Assembly (NCBI RefSeq): GCF_004010195.1
Contig: NC_057718.1
Location: forward strand, 85,433,625 to 85,497,078
Source: Chiloscyllium plagiosum
Lineage: Eukaryota
Direction of reading: 5' to 3'
DNA: 63,454 nt
The notes beneath the pieces were generated by a model. That model ran no database searches and had not been told where the DNA came from. It worked only from the letters and a program-made list of their open reading frames with translations. Below are positions 24,184-38,143 of this stretch, piece after piece. The position numbers and the translations under genes were made by a program. Numbering within the stretch: the first letter of the stretch is position 1; every line of letters starts with the position of its first letter.

Positions 24184-24712
24184 GCCAAAGCAAAAGAATG
24201 ATGTGCTAATAGACTTTGATGAATTATGGTGGGAGGGAGCTCTTGAGAAGTATAAATATCAGGATAGACCAGTTAGAGAAACAAGTAATGGGTAAGAAAT
24301 GTTACCCAACTATTGATTTCTACATTCTGAGTGCAGATCTTTTAGAGTTGCTTGACTGAAGGTCATGATGTCAACAAGTACTTTCAGTTCACTAGCTCTG
24401 GCCAGGAAGCCAGACCGAACTGTCTACATACAAAGTTGTTGGGGCTCGCCAAAGCAAAAGAATGATGTGCTAATAGACTTTGATGAATTATGGTGGGAGG
24501 GAGCTCTTGAGAAGTATAAATATCAGGATAGACCAGTTAGAGAAACAAGTAATGGGTAAAAAATGTTACCCAACTATTGATTTCTACATTCTGAGTGCAG
24601 ATCTTTTAGAGTTGATTGACTGAAGGTCATGATGTCACCAAGTACTTTCAGTTCACTAGCTCTGGCCAGGAAGCCAGACCGAACTGTCTACGTACAAAGT
24701 TGTTGGGGCTCG
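24184..24712. repeat. 264-bp tandem duplication
   Basis: gccaaagcaaaagaatgatgtgc starts at 24184 and 24448; the copies differ by a few substitutions. Confidence 0.95.
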
Positions 24713-25004
24713 AATATTCAACCATAATGCCTTCTAATGTAACCTTCACAGAAATAGACATTCCCCTTCACGAGCTGAGTAAGAGTTTACTGAAGTAGAG
24801 CTTCCGCCCCTGTAAAACAGACCCGAGTTACATTCCACTGGAATTAACACATTTGTTATAGTCCTAACAGAAATATAATTGATAAAATGACAATGTGATA
24901 AAACATAGAGTACTTTATTGAACTTATTTCAGTCATGCATGAGATCTGCACAACTCCCTCAGTCGCACAATAGGTCTGAATGGGCAAAAAACTACTAATA
25001 GAGC

Positions 25005-26690
25005 CATTGAGTCATAGAGATGTACAGCACAGAAACAGACCTTTTGGTCCAACTCATTCATGCCAATCAGATATCCTAACCTAATCTGGTCCCATTTGCC
25101 AGCACCTGGCCCATATCCCTCTAAACCCTTCCTATTCATATACACATCCAGATGCCTTTTAGATGCTGCAATTGTACCAGCCTCCACCACTTCTTTTGGC
25201 AACTCATTCCATACACACACCACCCTCTGTGTGAAAAAGTTGCCCCTTAGGTCTCTTTTATATCTTTCCCCTCTCACCCTAAACCTATGCCCTCTAGTTC
25301 TGGACTCCCCAACCCCCAAAGGGGCCTATTTATCCTATACATGCCCCTCATGATTTTATAAATCTCTATAAGGTCATCCCTCAGCCTCCAATGCTCCAGG
25401 GGATAGCTCAAGCCCTCCAACCCTGGCAACATCCTTGTAAATCTTTTCTGAGCCCTTTTAGGTTTCACAATATCCTTCTAATAGGAAGAAGACCAGAATT
25501 GCACGCAATGTTCCAAAAGTGGCCTAACCAATGTCCTGTACAGCGCTAACATGACCTCCCAACTCCTATACTCAATGCTCTGACCAATAAAGGAAAACAT
25601 ACCAAACGCCTTCTTCACTATCCTAGCTACCTGCAACTCTACTTTCAAGGAAATATGAACCACATTCCAAGGAGTCTTTGTTCAGCAACACTCCCCAGGA
25701 TCTTACCATTAAGTGTATAAGTCCTGCTCTGATTTGCTTTTCCAAAATGCAGCACCTTGCATTTACACTCCATCTGCCACTCCTCAGCCCATTGGCCCAT
25801 CTGATCAAGATCCCGTAAAACTCTGAGGTAACCTTCTTCACTTTCCACTACACCTCTAATTTTGGTGTCATCTGTATACTTACTAACTATACCTCCTGTG
25901 TTCACATTCAAATCATTTATATAAATGACAAAAAGTAATGGACGCAACACCAATCCTTGTGGCACTCCATGGGTCACAGGCCTCCAGTCTGAAAAACAAT
26001 CCTCCACCAACACCTTCTATGTTTTACCTTCAAGCTAGTTAAACCTACCATAATTTTATCTTTGTGATTTATTTACTGACTTTTGATTGTACTGTTAAGT
26101 TGTATGCATTTCTAACATGTTTTCTCTTGACAGAATGTTTTTCTGCACGATTTTATGTTCATCGTCCATTCACTTCATGCTCAAATTATCCTTCTCATAA
26201 CATTTATGTGTTAGCACAGCATTCTAGAACCTCAATATCTTTATTCATGCATTGCTGTCTAATCCTGGCTGCCTTACTTTTCGTTCTAACAGAACGTAAT
26301 GTCTCGGAACTCTCGTTATCACACTTGTGAAAGCTTCCCACTTTTCATACATTGCTTTTCCCACGAACAGTCTTCTCCAATCAATTTTTGAAAGTTCTTG
26401 CCTCATACCAATAAAATTTGCCTTACTCCAATTTAAAGCTTTAACTTTATGGAAGCTTATCCTTTTCCATAACCATTTTAAAACAAATAGAATTATGATC
26501 ACTAGACCCAAAGTGTTCCACTACTATCACTTCAGTTACTTGCCTTGTCACCCAACAAAAGGTTATGTTTTGCTCCTTCTCTAGTCGGAACATTTACATA
26601 TTAATAAAGAAATTTTTTTTGAACTTTTTTAACAAATTCTTCACCATCCAAACATTTAACACTATGGTAGTCCCAGTCAATGCTTGGAAA
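25005..26690 (-). mobile_element. CR1-type LINE fragments (RT and 3' tail; upstream ORF2 part)
   Basis: GVPQGLVLRPLLF...YTDDTKI, LYRTLVRPLLEHCVQFW, ESRTRGHRFRVRG and LNWSKANFIGMRQEL. Confidence 0.9.
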
Positions 26691-26692
26691 AT

Positions 26693-27000
26693 TAGATTAG
26701 ATTAGATTCCCTACAGTATGGAAACAGGCCCTTCGACCCATCAAGTCCACACTGACCCTCCAAAGAGTAACCCACCCAGACCCATTCCCCTACCCTATAG
26801 TCACCCCTGACACTATGGGCAATTTAGCAATTCACCTAACCTGCACATCTTTGTGACTGTGGGAGGAAACCGGAGCACACCCATGCAGACACGGGGAGAA
26901 TGTGCAAACTCCACACAGACAGTTGCCCAAGGCTGGAATTGAACCTGGGACCATGGTGTTGTGAGGCAGCAGTGCTAACCACTGACCCCCGTGCTGCCCC
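26693..27000 (-). mobile_element. HE1-type tRNA-derived SINE
   Basis: Reverse complement of the 60076 copy, with a (TCTAA)n tail. Confidence 0.85.
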
Positions 27001-27194
27001 GTGTTAAAATCACCTATTATTATAACCTTAATATACTTAAATATATTTGAGATTCCAGATGAAGGGCTTATGCCAAAACGTCGATTCTCCTTCTCCTTGG
27101 TTGTTGCCTGGCCAGCTGTGCTTTCCCAGTGCCACACGTTTTGGCACTGTTTTGAAAACAATCAACATTACAGATAAGAAAGTGCTGATGGTCT

Positions 27195-28765
27195 TAAAAT
27201 ATAAAACTGTATAAATCGCTATGACCTGATCCAGTGTGTCCCAGGACGTTGTGGGAAATAAGGGACAAAATTGCAAGGTACCTTGCAGAAATATTTGGAT
27301 CATTTATAACTATGGGTGGTGTGCTGGATGACTGGAGGGTGACTGATGTACCTTTGTTTAACAAGGGATGTAAGGAGAAACTTGAAAACTTAGACCTGTG
27401 AGCCTGACTTCGATTGTTTGTAAGTTGTTGGAAGTGATTTTGAAAGATACGATTTTTATGCATTTGGAGAGGCAAGGAATAATTAGGGATAGTCAGCATG
27501 GTCTTGTGCGAGGGAAATCATGTCTCACAAATTTGATTGAAAGTAACCAAGAAGATTGATGAGGGCAGTGCAGTGGACATTGTTTACATTGACTTTAGTA
27601 AAGTCTTTCACTGGGTTTTGCATGGTAGACTGATTAAGTTAGATCACATGGGATTCAGGGTGAGCTTGCCAATTGATATAAAATTGGCTTAATGACAGGA
27701 GACAGAGTGATGGTGGAGGGTTGTTTTTCGGACTGGAGGCCTGTTATGAGTAGTGTTCCACAGGGATCGGTGCTGGATCGACTTTCGTTTGTCCTTTATA
27801 TAAAACATTTAGATTCGACTTTCGTTTGTCCTTTATATAAAACATTTAGATGAAAATGTAGAAGGCATGGTTAGTATGTTTGAGGATGATACCAAAATTA
27901 GTGAAGACAGTGAAGAAGCATATCTAAGATTACAAAGAGATTGTGATCAATTGGGTCAATGGGGTGAGGACAGGCAGATGGAGTTTAATTTGGATAAATG
28001 TGGGCGGAATTGCATTTTGGTAAAACAAACAAGGGCAGGACGTACACAAATAAAAGTAGGACCTTGGGTCATGTTGTAGAACAGAGAGACCTCAAGGTTC
28101 GGATATATAATTCTTTGAAGTTTGCATCACGTGTAGATAAGGTGGTTAAGACGGCATTTATCACACTTGCCTTCATTGCTCAGACCTTTGAGTATAGGAG
28201 TTAGGACGTCATGTTGAGGTTGTGCAGGACATTGGTAAGGTATCTTCTGGAGACTTTGTGCGGTTCCAGGTGCCCTGTTATAGGAAGGATATTATTAAGC
28301 TGCAGAGGGTTCAGAAAAGATTTACCAGGATGCTGCTAGGAATGGAGGCTTTGAACGATAATGAGAGGCTGGATAGACTGGGACTTTTTCACTGGAGCAT
28401 TGACCTTTTAGAGGTTTATAAAATCATGAAGAGTACAGATAAAGTGAATGGCAGTTTCTTTTCCCTAGGGTGGAGGATTTCAAGACCAGGGGACATATGT
28501 TTAAGGTGAGAGGAGAAAGATTAAAAAAAACATGAGGTAATTTTTTTTTACACCGAGTGGTTCGTGTATGGAATGAACGTCCAGAGGAAGTGGTGGATGC
28601 GGGTACAGTTACAATGTTTAAAAGATATTTGGATAAGTACATGAATAAGAAATGTTTGGAAGGATATGGACCAAGTGCAGGCAGGTGAGACTAGTTTACT
28701 TTGAGATTGTGGTCAGCATAGAGTGGTTGGACTGACTGGTCTGTTTCCATGCTGTATGACTCTAT
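27195..28765 (+). mobile_element. CR1-type LINE ORF2 3' part, containing a 37-bp tandem duplication at 27778-27851
   Basis: VSMFEDDTKI, QMEFNLDKC and LQRVQKRFTRML; tail gtatgactctat. Confidence 0.9.
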
Positions 28766-28986
28766 AAGAGGAGGTTTCTTTACAGTCACTATCACTGATA
28801 TTTTTAATTGATTTCCAATGGTTGCTCTTTTCTGATACAGAATGGAATTTTGCACAGTCTTCTCACCTTGATCCAACCAAGAACTGTTAATACTTCTATC
28901 GGAGGGAGCTTGCAGATACTGGGTTTTATATTTCCACATTCCACCAGAATGACTCCTGTATTATTAAGTCTCAACCAAACACTTAC

Positions 28987-29099
28987 CTTCTCATCCATTA
29001 TAGCAAGCTGTATCCCAAAGAATGGTCTCATAGCCATAGAAGGCAAAATCTTTGCTCCTTCCTCTGAAGGCCGTGGAGAGATGCAAACACCACCCGTTT
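28987..29099 (-). CDS. ACSS1: ACSS1 coding exon 9 (113 nt)
   Basis: cag|AA...AAG|gtaag; (E)TGGVCISPRPSEEGAKILPSMAMRPFFGIQLAIMDEK. The PRPSEEGA and MAMRPFFG segments resemble ACSS1 rather than ACSS2. Confidence 0.96.
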
Positions 29100-31057
29100 C
29101 TGCTCACAAATGAAAGGAAATCAAGGGAGGTACATACTGAAATGATATCAATATACTGGATCAGTGAAGCATGGTAAAATATAATGAAGATATTCAGTCT
29201 CCTTCGCAAGAGCTGTCAGCTTTATGGAAGAGATTTTACTATAAGATTTAGTTTATCGAGCTTGCCTTTAAACAGCTAATTAAAAAGAAAATTGAAACTC
29301 CCCTTAGTCTTCTCTACTTTTCTGAAAATAATCATAATATCTCAAGCTTTTTCACGATTACGGCATGAAATCTCTACCTGACTCTTGTCCTATTTTTAAT
29401 TATCTAAGAATTGTTGGAATGCTGCTAGCTGCCTCAACTCTTATAGGTTTCAAAAAGGTAGTTCTCCTATTTGTTATCCCTGCTCAAAGAATAATATAGC
29501 ACAAAACAAAGCCCTCAAGTCTGTGCCAGCTCTAAAATTGAATCATTTGATCTCATTCACCATAAATTTTCCAGTTTATCTCATTCACCATAATTTTGCA
29601 AGCTTTCCTCCTTGAAGTAATTATCAAATGCACTTCTGAAAGCTTCTTCATATTTGGAAACACCAAACTTACCAGTTAATGAATTCTAAATCTTAACTGT
29701 TTGGAGTCATACAGCACAGACACAGACCATTCGGCCCAACTCATCCACACTGACTAGGTTTTCTAAACTGAACAAGTCCCATTTGCCTCCATTTGGCCCA
29801 TATCCTTATAAATCTTTCCTATCCCTGTACCTGGCCAAATGTCTTTTAAATGCTGTAACTGTACTCACCTCTACCACTTCCTCTGGCAGCCTGGTCTATT
29901 TATGCACAACCCTCTATGTGAAAGATTTTCCCCTCAGATCCATTTTAAATCTTTTTCTTCTCACCTAAAACCTGTGCCCTCTAGTTTTGGACTCCCCTAC
30001 CCGAGGAAATAGATCCTGGCTACTCACCTTAACAATGCCCCTCATGGTTTTATAAATCTCTATAAGGTTACCCCTCAGCCTCCTACACTCCAAAGAAAAA
30101 AATCCCAGCCTCTCCCTATAACTCAAACCCTCCATTCTCAGTAACATCCTTGTAAATCATTTTTGCACCCTTTCCAGTTTAATAATATCCCTCCTATAGC
30201 AGGGCAACCAAAATTGTATGCTGTATTCCAAATGTGGCCCTACCAATCTCTTGTACAGCTGTAACATGACATCCCAACTCTTGTACTCAGTGCTCTGGCC
30301 AGTGAAGGAAAGCGTGCCAAATTCCTTGTTCACCATTATGTCTACCTATGACACCACTTTTAAGGAACTATGTATCTGCACCCTAAATCTCTCTGATGGA
30401 CAACACTCCCTACGGTCCTACCTTGGTTTTTCTTATCAAAATGCAACACCTCACATTTATCTAAATTAAATTCCATCTGCCATTCCTCAGCCCACTGGCC
30501 CAGTTGATCAAGATCCCATTGTACTGTTAGGTAATCTTCTTTACTCTCCACTACACCACCAATTTTGGTGTCATTTACAAACTTACTAACCATGCCTCCC
30601 ATATTTTTATCCAAATAGTTTATAGAGATAACAAACAACAATGGATCCAGCACCGATCATTGCGGCTCTCTGCTTGTCACAGACCTCCAGGCTGAAAAAC
30701 AACCCTCTCCCATCACCCTCTGTCCCCTACCATTAAGCCAATTTTTGTATACAATTGGCTAGCTCTCCCTATATCCCACGTTATCTAACCTTACTAATCA
30801 ATCTTATGTGGAACTTTACAAAGGTCTTGCTAAACATTTGACAACCTCAACCGCACTCTCTTCACCTATGTTCTTGGTCACCTCTTCCAAAAAACTCAAT
30901 CAAGCTTGTACGACAAGATTTCCCATGCACAAAGCCATGCTGAATGTCCCTAATGAACCTTGCCTTTCCAAATGCATGTAGATCCTGTCTCTCAGAATCC
31001 TCTCCAACAACTTATCCACCACTGATGTTAGGCTCACCAGTCTGTACTTTCTTTTCA

Positions 31058-31500
31058 GAGTGTGGTGCTGGAAAAGCACAGCAGGTCAGGCAGCATCCGA
31101 CGAGTAAGAGAATTGACATTTCGGGCACAAGTCCTTCATCAGGTAACATTGGGCTTCTGCCCTAAACGTCAATTCTCCTACTCTGCTGTGGTTCTGTTCG
31201 CAGAGCTGGAAGTTTTTGTTGCAAACATTTCGTCCCCTGTCTAGGTGACATCCTCAGTGCTTGGGAGCCTCCTGTGAAGCGCTTCTGTGGTGTTTCCTCC
31301 AGCATTTATAGTGGCCTGTCCCTGCCGCTTCTGGTTGTCAGTTTCAGCTGTCCGCTGTAGTGGCCGGTATATTGGCCGGTAAATCTTCTCACAAACTTTG
31401 ATCTCCTACTTTTTGGAAGCTGGCTGACCTACTATGCTTTTCCAGCACCACACTCTCGCGACTCTGATCTCCGGCATCTGCAGTCCTCACTTTCTCCTCC
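31058..31500. mobile_element. Fold-back Penelope terminal-repeat insertion containing a fragment of a second Penelope family
   Basis: Inverted family-B arms with a different element at about 31190-31380; imperfect flanking duplication ctgta(c/g)tttc(t/c)tttcag. Confidence 0.7.
31221..31260 (-). ncRNA. Minimal hammerhead-like motif (Penelope family C)
   Basis: GCA-CTGAGGA-T-GTCACC-TAGACA-GGGGAC-GAAA-TG-TT-TGC; GCA/TGC helix I, imperfect helix III palindrome. Confidence 0.6.
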
Positions 31501-31767
31501 CTGTAGTTTCCTTTCAGCCTTTCTTAAATAATGGCACAACATTAGCCACCCTCCAGTCTTCCACACCTCACCTGTGGCTGTCGATGATACAAGTATCTTG
31601 GCTCGGGGCCCAGCAATTTCTTCCCTGGCTTCCCACAGGGATAACTTGATCAGGTCCTGGGGATTTATCTATCATAATGCATTTTAAGACCTCCAGCACC
31701 ACCTCTTCTGTAATGTGGTCTCTTTTCAAGACATCACTATTTAGTTGCCTGAGGTCTTTAGCTTCCA

Positions 31768-32252
31768 TGTTGAAAGGATTCAGAAAAGATTTACAAGGAT
31801 GATGCCAGGGTTGGAAGATTTGGGCTATAGGGAGAGGGTGAATGGACTAGGGCTGTTTTCCCTGGAGCGTCGGAGGCTGAGGGGTGACCTTATAGAGGTC
31901 TATAAAATCATGAGGGGCATGGATAGGATAAATAGACAAAGTCTTTTCCCTGGGGTGGGGGAATCCAGAACTAGAGGGCATAGGTTTAGGGTGAGAGGCA
32001 AAAGATATAAAGAGACCTAAGGGGCAACTTTTTCACGCAGAGGATGGTACATGTATGATCTGAGTTGCCAGAGGAAATGGTGGAGGCTAGTACAATTGCA
32101 GCATTTAAAAGGCATGTGGATGGGTATATGAATAGGAAGGGTTTGGAAGGATATGGGCCAGGTGCTGGCAGGTGGGACTAGATTGGGTTAGGATATCTGG
32201 TCGGCATGGACAAGTTGGTCTGTTCCCATGCTGTACATCTCTATGACTCTAT
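31768..32252 (+). mobile_element. Younger CR1 3' fragment inserted antisense into the older CR1
   Basis: ERIQKRFTRMMPGLEDLGYRER...ESRTRGHRFRVRG; tail ctctatgactctatg. Confidence 0.9.
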
Positions 32253-34477
32253 GTCATTCCCCGCAGTAACTACTGACACTAAATATTTGTTTAGGATCTC
32301 ACTCAACTCTTGTGGTTACACACATAGAAGGCCTCGTTAATCTTTAAGGAGCCCTATTTTTTCCCTACTTACTCTTTTGCCCTTAATATATTTGTAAAAT
32401 CTCTTTGGATTCTCCTTAACCGAACTCATGTCCCCCTTTTGCCCTCCTGATTTCCCTCTTACATGTACACCTACACACCCTATACTTCTCAAGGAATTAA
32501 CCCTAGCTTTATATACCTGACATATGCGTCCTTTTGCTTGACTCAATATGTCTAGTCATCTAGTGTTCCCTACTCCTGCCAGTCTTGCTCTTCACACTAG
32601 GAATATGCTGTTCCTGAACGCTCGTTATCTCACTTTTGAAAGTCTCCCACTTGCCAGACATCCTTTTACCTTCAAACAGCCTCCCCCAACCAATATTTGA
32701 AAGTTCCTGTCTAATACCATTTGTTACATTAAAAAAAACTTTTTCTCAAATCACCCTCCACTTGTTTTGCCAATCACTTTAAAACTATGTCCTCTGGTAA
32801 CTGACTCTCTGGCCATTAGAAATTGCATATTTAAATCCTTTATGATTTGACCCTCCTCTATGAAATCTTCTCTTGTCTTTTTATGTTCTAAGTAGGAGAA
32901 TCTAACTTTTCTAGTCTATCCACATAATGCAGCCATCCAGATAAAATGCTACAGAAGAGATTAACTTGAATGTTTCCAAGGATGAGGATATATACACAAA
33001 CTTGCAATTGCATTCCCCTCATCCAAAAAACCTCTTACCAGTTTACCCTTAATAAATCTGTGCTCCCTCCAACTTATTAGTACATGCATGTCCAAATGGC
33101 CGTTCATTTTCTCTAGCATTCATGCTTTAAAAAGTTTTCCCAACACTGGTGTTAAACTATCTGTTTGCAATTGCTAGTTTATCCTTCTCCTCTGCTTCTT
33201 GAACAAGGTGTAGCATTTACAGTCTGTCAATTCTTCAGCCAGCCCCTCCACAATCTCTACCATTTCATCAGCAATTTAGGGATGCAGCCAATCTGAACCC
33301 CTAGGAGTTTTAAATACACCAGGTCTTCCTCATATCAAGTATCTTGGCAACCTTCTCATTTGGTAAACACTGTTGCAAAACATTCATTTAGTTTTCCAAC
33401 TATGCTTTCTACTGCCACCAAGAGTTCTTCATTTTGGTCCAAAATCATTTCTGTAATAGTCCTTTCCACTATTAATTTTTCCACTATCACAGGCATTTGG
33501 GTCCCTTTTGTGTTATCTGGCATTCCCATTCCACTTCTTCACACTTCTTCTTTCCCTTTCACTTTCACTTATCCTCTGTACTCCTTATATTCCACCAGAT
33601 TCTCCCTTCTTTTCCAGAGAAAAAAATCAGAATCAATTATCATGACTAGTTGTTTTAAGATTCGGCAAACAATGACATATCAAGGTCCAGGTCATGACTG
33701 ACGTATGTGGAATAATATACTTGGCGAAGAATCACATTTTCAGAGAAGGAGATTTGTCATAACTATATTATTTAGGAAATACACAATCTACTGCTCTCAG
33801 ATTACAAAGAATTAAAAACTATTCTGTCAGTTTAACCCTCTCAGTTGTGTTCTCTGAATCAGACACTGTACTTCATACTTGAGACCGGCAGCCCTGCCCC
33901 AGACACGACACATAATTAGCACATAATTGAAGCTGTGTGCACTGCAAGAACGTTTAAATGATCCTGATTTCCATACACAATTGTCTTTTAACCTGAATCC
34001 GATGGGTGCTCCTGGTACAGTGATAGTGTCCCTCCCTCCGTTCAAGTCTCACCAGCTTCAGAGATATATTGTAACATGTCTGAACAGGTTGATTAAAACT
34101 ATTCAGACCCCTTACACTGACTGCTTCAGCAGTATTATCTTAAGGACATTACTGTCCCTTCAATGCCGGGTGAAGGTATTCAAAATCAAGATTTATCTTA
34201 GTTTGAGAGTATTCAGCAACCATTATAACCAATTCAGATTTGAAATTCTCTGACAACAACATTGTATGTTCATATGGAACCTTCACTTCATAGAAAATAA
34301 GATGAAGGTACTCCACAGGACATAATCTGACAAATATTGACACCAAGGTAAGAAAGAAATATTAGATTAGGTTACCAAAAGCATGGTCAAAGATGTATAT
34401 ATTGAGGAGTGCATTAAAGACAAAGAGGTGGAAGGGAATTTTAGAAATTAGAGCTTGAACAAATGGCAGTCTCAGAC

Positions 34478-35128
34478 TGCACTGGAAAACTGAAAATATG
34501 TAACATTTGGCAGTGAAATGGATACCTGAGTTTTGGTTACTGTTTTGACAACAATTCATATTTAACCAATCAGTTTAAATTATGCCCCAGGATACAAAAA
34601 CCCAATTGAGTTTGAATTTATTGTTTTGTCAACATTGAACCAATGAGACGATCCAATATTGGGGATATGAAAATTCTGGCATTTTGAAAATTGTAGAGAG
34701 AGCAACTACCATCGAGAGAGACCCAATAATTAGGAAACACTCTCTATCAAAGGTACCTTTTCATATGAAACATTTTCACAGTAAAAGAAGACAACCCAGG
34801 GAGATTCTCAGCCAGAAGAAGACAGACACCGAAGACAACAGCAGCTGTGTGGTTTTGAAACTAAGTTACTGTCATTTTAATAAGTGTCTTATTGGAACAG
34901 CGTATTGTTATCGAGTTGGAGGCAGGTAATAAGCAATTAAGAGAAAGGGGGGCTTAGAGTTGACAATAGTTGTTGTTTAATGTTCACTGTTAGAGTGAAA
35001 ACAGTGGAGTTTAAATAGTAGAATTTGGAACTTCTCTGTCATTCATATTTTAACAGATTACAAGGCGAGGTGAGCTTTTCTGGGTGTTTGGATTAATTAA
35101 CAGAAGGGTTCACTGCCATGTGATAACA
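34478..35128 (+). mobile_element. 5'-truncated copy of the LTR at 60518-61278
   Basis: Colinear similarity (gtgaaatggatacctgagttttgg, tctctatcaaaggtacctt, ttaattaacagaagggttcac); ends TAACA. Confidence 0.85.
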
Positions 35129-35208
35129 AAGTGCAATTTCAGTGCAAAAATCACGAAATATTCTTTGTTGAGTGTTTGAATATTTACATATATCCAAACT
35201 TTCCTCAC

Positions 35209-35301
35209 CTGTCTGCCACCAGGTATCCACAAGGGTACATCGGCCATCTCCCACAACCTTCCAGAACCACTCCCAGGCTTCGTGGTTAATAGGTTCCCCT
35301 A
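35209..35301 (-). CDS. ACSS1: ACSS1 coding exon 8 (93 nt)
   Basis: tag|TA...G|gtgag; (V)[30 protein letters not shown] with the GEP and DTWWQT motifs. Confidence 0.96.
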
Positions 35302-36399
35302 CTATAAGAGAAACATTAGCAGCTAAACTATGCAGTGTAGATTGAGGAAGTAGTTTCTCAGAATTGCAATTGGGGTGAAATCACAGAACAGACGTATCCT
35401 AGAATTCATGAACTAAATAGATAATTCACATGGTTGATTTAATCAGTCCTAAATATTTTCCCATTCCCCTACCCCACACCCAATCTGCACATATCTGGGC
35501 TATTATACTGAGTTATGAGGAACGAAACATTTACTTTTTATTCATTCATGGTGTGAATTGCTGGCTAAGCCAGAAGTTATTACTCATCCCTATTTGTCTT
35601 CAAAAAAGTGCTGGTGAATTGTCATTTTGTACTGCTGCAGGTTCACTAATGCATTTTAATGAAAAGAAAATCTGCCATCCTTACCTGGTCTGGCCTACAT
35701 GTCACTCCAGACTCTCACGAATATGGTTGAGTCGTAACTGCCCTCTGAGCAATTACAATTGCTGTACTAGCCCACAACACCACATCCCATGAATGAATGT
35801 ATTCCTGGTGAGTAGATACTGCATAGTAATGTTATGCTGAAGAACTAATTGTGCATTGGAGCTGCTCTCATCCAGCCACGTGGGGAGTATACCATTGCAC
35901 TCTTTCTTGTGCCACATAAATGGTAGATGGACTTTGGGGAATAAGGAGGTGAGTTACTCACTGCAATATTCCTAGCCTCTGACCTGCTTTTGTAGCCACA
36001 GTATTTTATACAACTAGTCCAGTTCATGCCCTGGTCAATAATCTCATTTAAAACCAATTGGAATCCTTCTATGTTTTAGCAAGTATTTGTTTAAGTGTGT
36101 TGAGGGGATAGCTCATGCGGCTGGATGACTGGTTTGCGATGCAGACTGATGCCAACACCATGGGCTCAATTCCTGTGATCAACATGAACATCCCTCCTTC
36201 TCAATCCTCAGGGTAAACACAACCAGTCATCGAATGGGAGAATAGCCTATGGTTTCCTCTGGGTCTAGGGGACCTTCACCTTTGTGAAAATGTTTTCTTC
36301 ATTAGGAAATGATAGAGAAGTCCTTACCTGTTTAGTTTCACTGTTTATTATTTTAACGGCTTTTACTAATCAAACAAAACTGACAATTATTTCTCCACT

Positions 36400-36550
36400 C
36401 TGCAGGCACCCTGCCTCTATTCCTGATGAAGGGCTTTTGCCCGAAACATTGATTTTCCTGCTCCTCGGATGCTGCCTGACCTGCTGTGCTTTTCCAGCAC
36501 CACTCTAATCTAGACTCTGGTTTCAAGCATCTGCAGTCCTTGTTTTTACC
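36400..36550 (+). mobile_element. Penelope family B terminal repeat with hammerhead motif
   Basis: cCTGATGA-A-GGGC-TTTT-GCCC-GAAAcattga at about 36422-36452, followed by the conserved gctgcctgacctgctg...catctgcagtcct tract. Confidence 0.8.
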
Positions 36551-37159
36551 TAGTTGATTTTAACTACCGCTCCAGGCAACTGAACCTCCACTTGCAAGTT
36601 TCAAGGTTAAACAAGCCTTGACTTACATGTGCACACTATTATAAAAATCACTCTCGGTTTGACTATTCAGGGCAGGGAGGGAAGTTTCTCAGGAATGTGG
36701 AATAGATTGGCTATTTTCAAGTCACTTCTAGCTGGTAAGTTAGAAGAAGGGTATGATAAGTCATGCCATATAAGACCGTTTGTGCCACACAAGGCAAGGT
36801 ATTGCCCATCTCCAGCTATCATCCAAACACATTCAATGGGAATACCATTGCTGAATCCCCTCCTATCAGCATCTTATGTATTACCATTGATCTGAAACTG
36901 AATTAGACTAGTTATATAAGTACTGCAACTGCAAGAGCAGGTTAAAGGCTAGGAATTCTGAAGTGAGTGACACACCTCCTGTCTTCCAAATCTATAAGGT
37001 ACAAGTCAAGAATGTGAAGGAATACCCTCCACTTGCTTGGAAGGATTCAGCTTCAACAACACTCAAGAAGCTCAATGCAACTTGGAACAATGCAACATGC
37101 TTGCTCTCATCCCCTTAATCCTGATGCACAGTGGTAGCAGTATGTACAATCCGCATGTA

Positions 37160-38143
37160 CGTTCCGCAAGTAGGTGGCCTGTCTCCCCAATATAGAGGAG
37201 GCCACATCGGGTGCAGCGGGTGCAGTAAATGATGTGTGTAGAGGTGCAGGTGAATTTGTGGCGGATATGGAAGGATCCCTGGGGGCCTTGGTGGGAAGTA
37301 AGGGGGAGGTGTGGGCGCAAGTTTTGCGTTTCTTGCGGTTGCAGGGGAAGGGGCCGGGAGTGGAGGTTGGGTTGGTGGGGGGATGTGGACCTGNNNNNNN
37401 NNNNNNNNNNNNNNNNNNNNNNNNNNNNNNNNNNNNNNNNNNNNNNNNNNNNNNNNNNNNNNNNNNNNNNNNNNNNNNNNNNNNNNNNNNNNNNNNNNNN
37501 NNNNNNNNNNNNNNNNNNNNNNNNNNNNNNNNNNNNNNNNNNNNNNNNNNNNNNNNNNNNNNNNNNNNNNNNNNNNNNNNNNNNNNNNNNNNNNNNNNNN
37601 NNNNNNNNNNNNNNNNNNNNNNNNNNNNNNNNNNNNNNNNNNNNNNNNNNNNNNNNNNNNNNNNNNNNNNNNNNNNNNNNNNNNNNNNNNNNNNNNNNNN
37701 NNNNNNNNNNNNNNNNNNNNNNNNNNNNNNNNNNNNNNNNNNNNNNNNNNNNNNNNNNNNNNNNNNNNNNNNNNNNNNNNNNNNNNNNNNNNNNNNNNNN
37801 NNNNNNNNNNNNNNNNNNNNNNNNNNNNNNNNNNNNNNNNNNNNNNNNNNNNNNNNNNNNNNNNNNNNNNNNNNNNNNNNNNNNNNNNNNNNNNNNNNNN
37901 NNNNNNNNNNNNNNNNNNNNNNNNNNNNNNNNNNNNNNNNNNNNNNNNNNNNNNNNNNTCCCCCAAGTCCCTCCTCCCTACCTTTTATCTTAGCCCGCTT
38001 GGCACACTTTCCTCATTCCTGAAGACGGGCTCATGCCCGAAACGTCGATTCTCCTGCTCCTTGGATGCTACCTGACCTGCTGCGCTTTTCCAGCAACACA
38101 TTTTCAGCTCTGATCTCCAGCATCTGCAGTCCTCACTTTCTCC
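37160..38143 (-). mobile_element. Penelope-like element (GIY-YIG fragment, gap 37394-37958, oppositely oriented terminal repeat)
   Basis: FTCTSTHIIYCTRCTRCGLLYIGETG is a GIY-YIG motif; CTGAAGA-CGGGCTCATGCCC-GAAACGTC lies on the + strand near 38019-38047. Confidence 0.85.

Larger units (their letters stand above)
29704..32720 (-). mobile_element. CR1-type LINE with nested insertions
   Basis: LDPLLFVISINYLD...FVNDTKIGG, DKSPGPDQ and VKENPKRFYKYIKGKR; interrupted at about 31058-31500 and 31768-32252. Confidence 0.9.
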
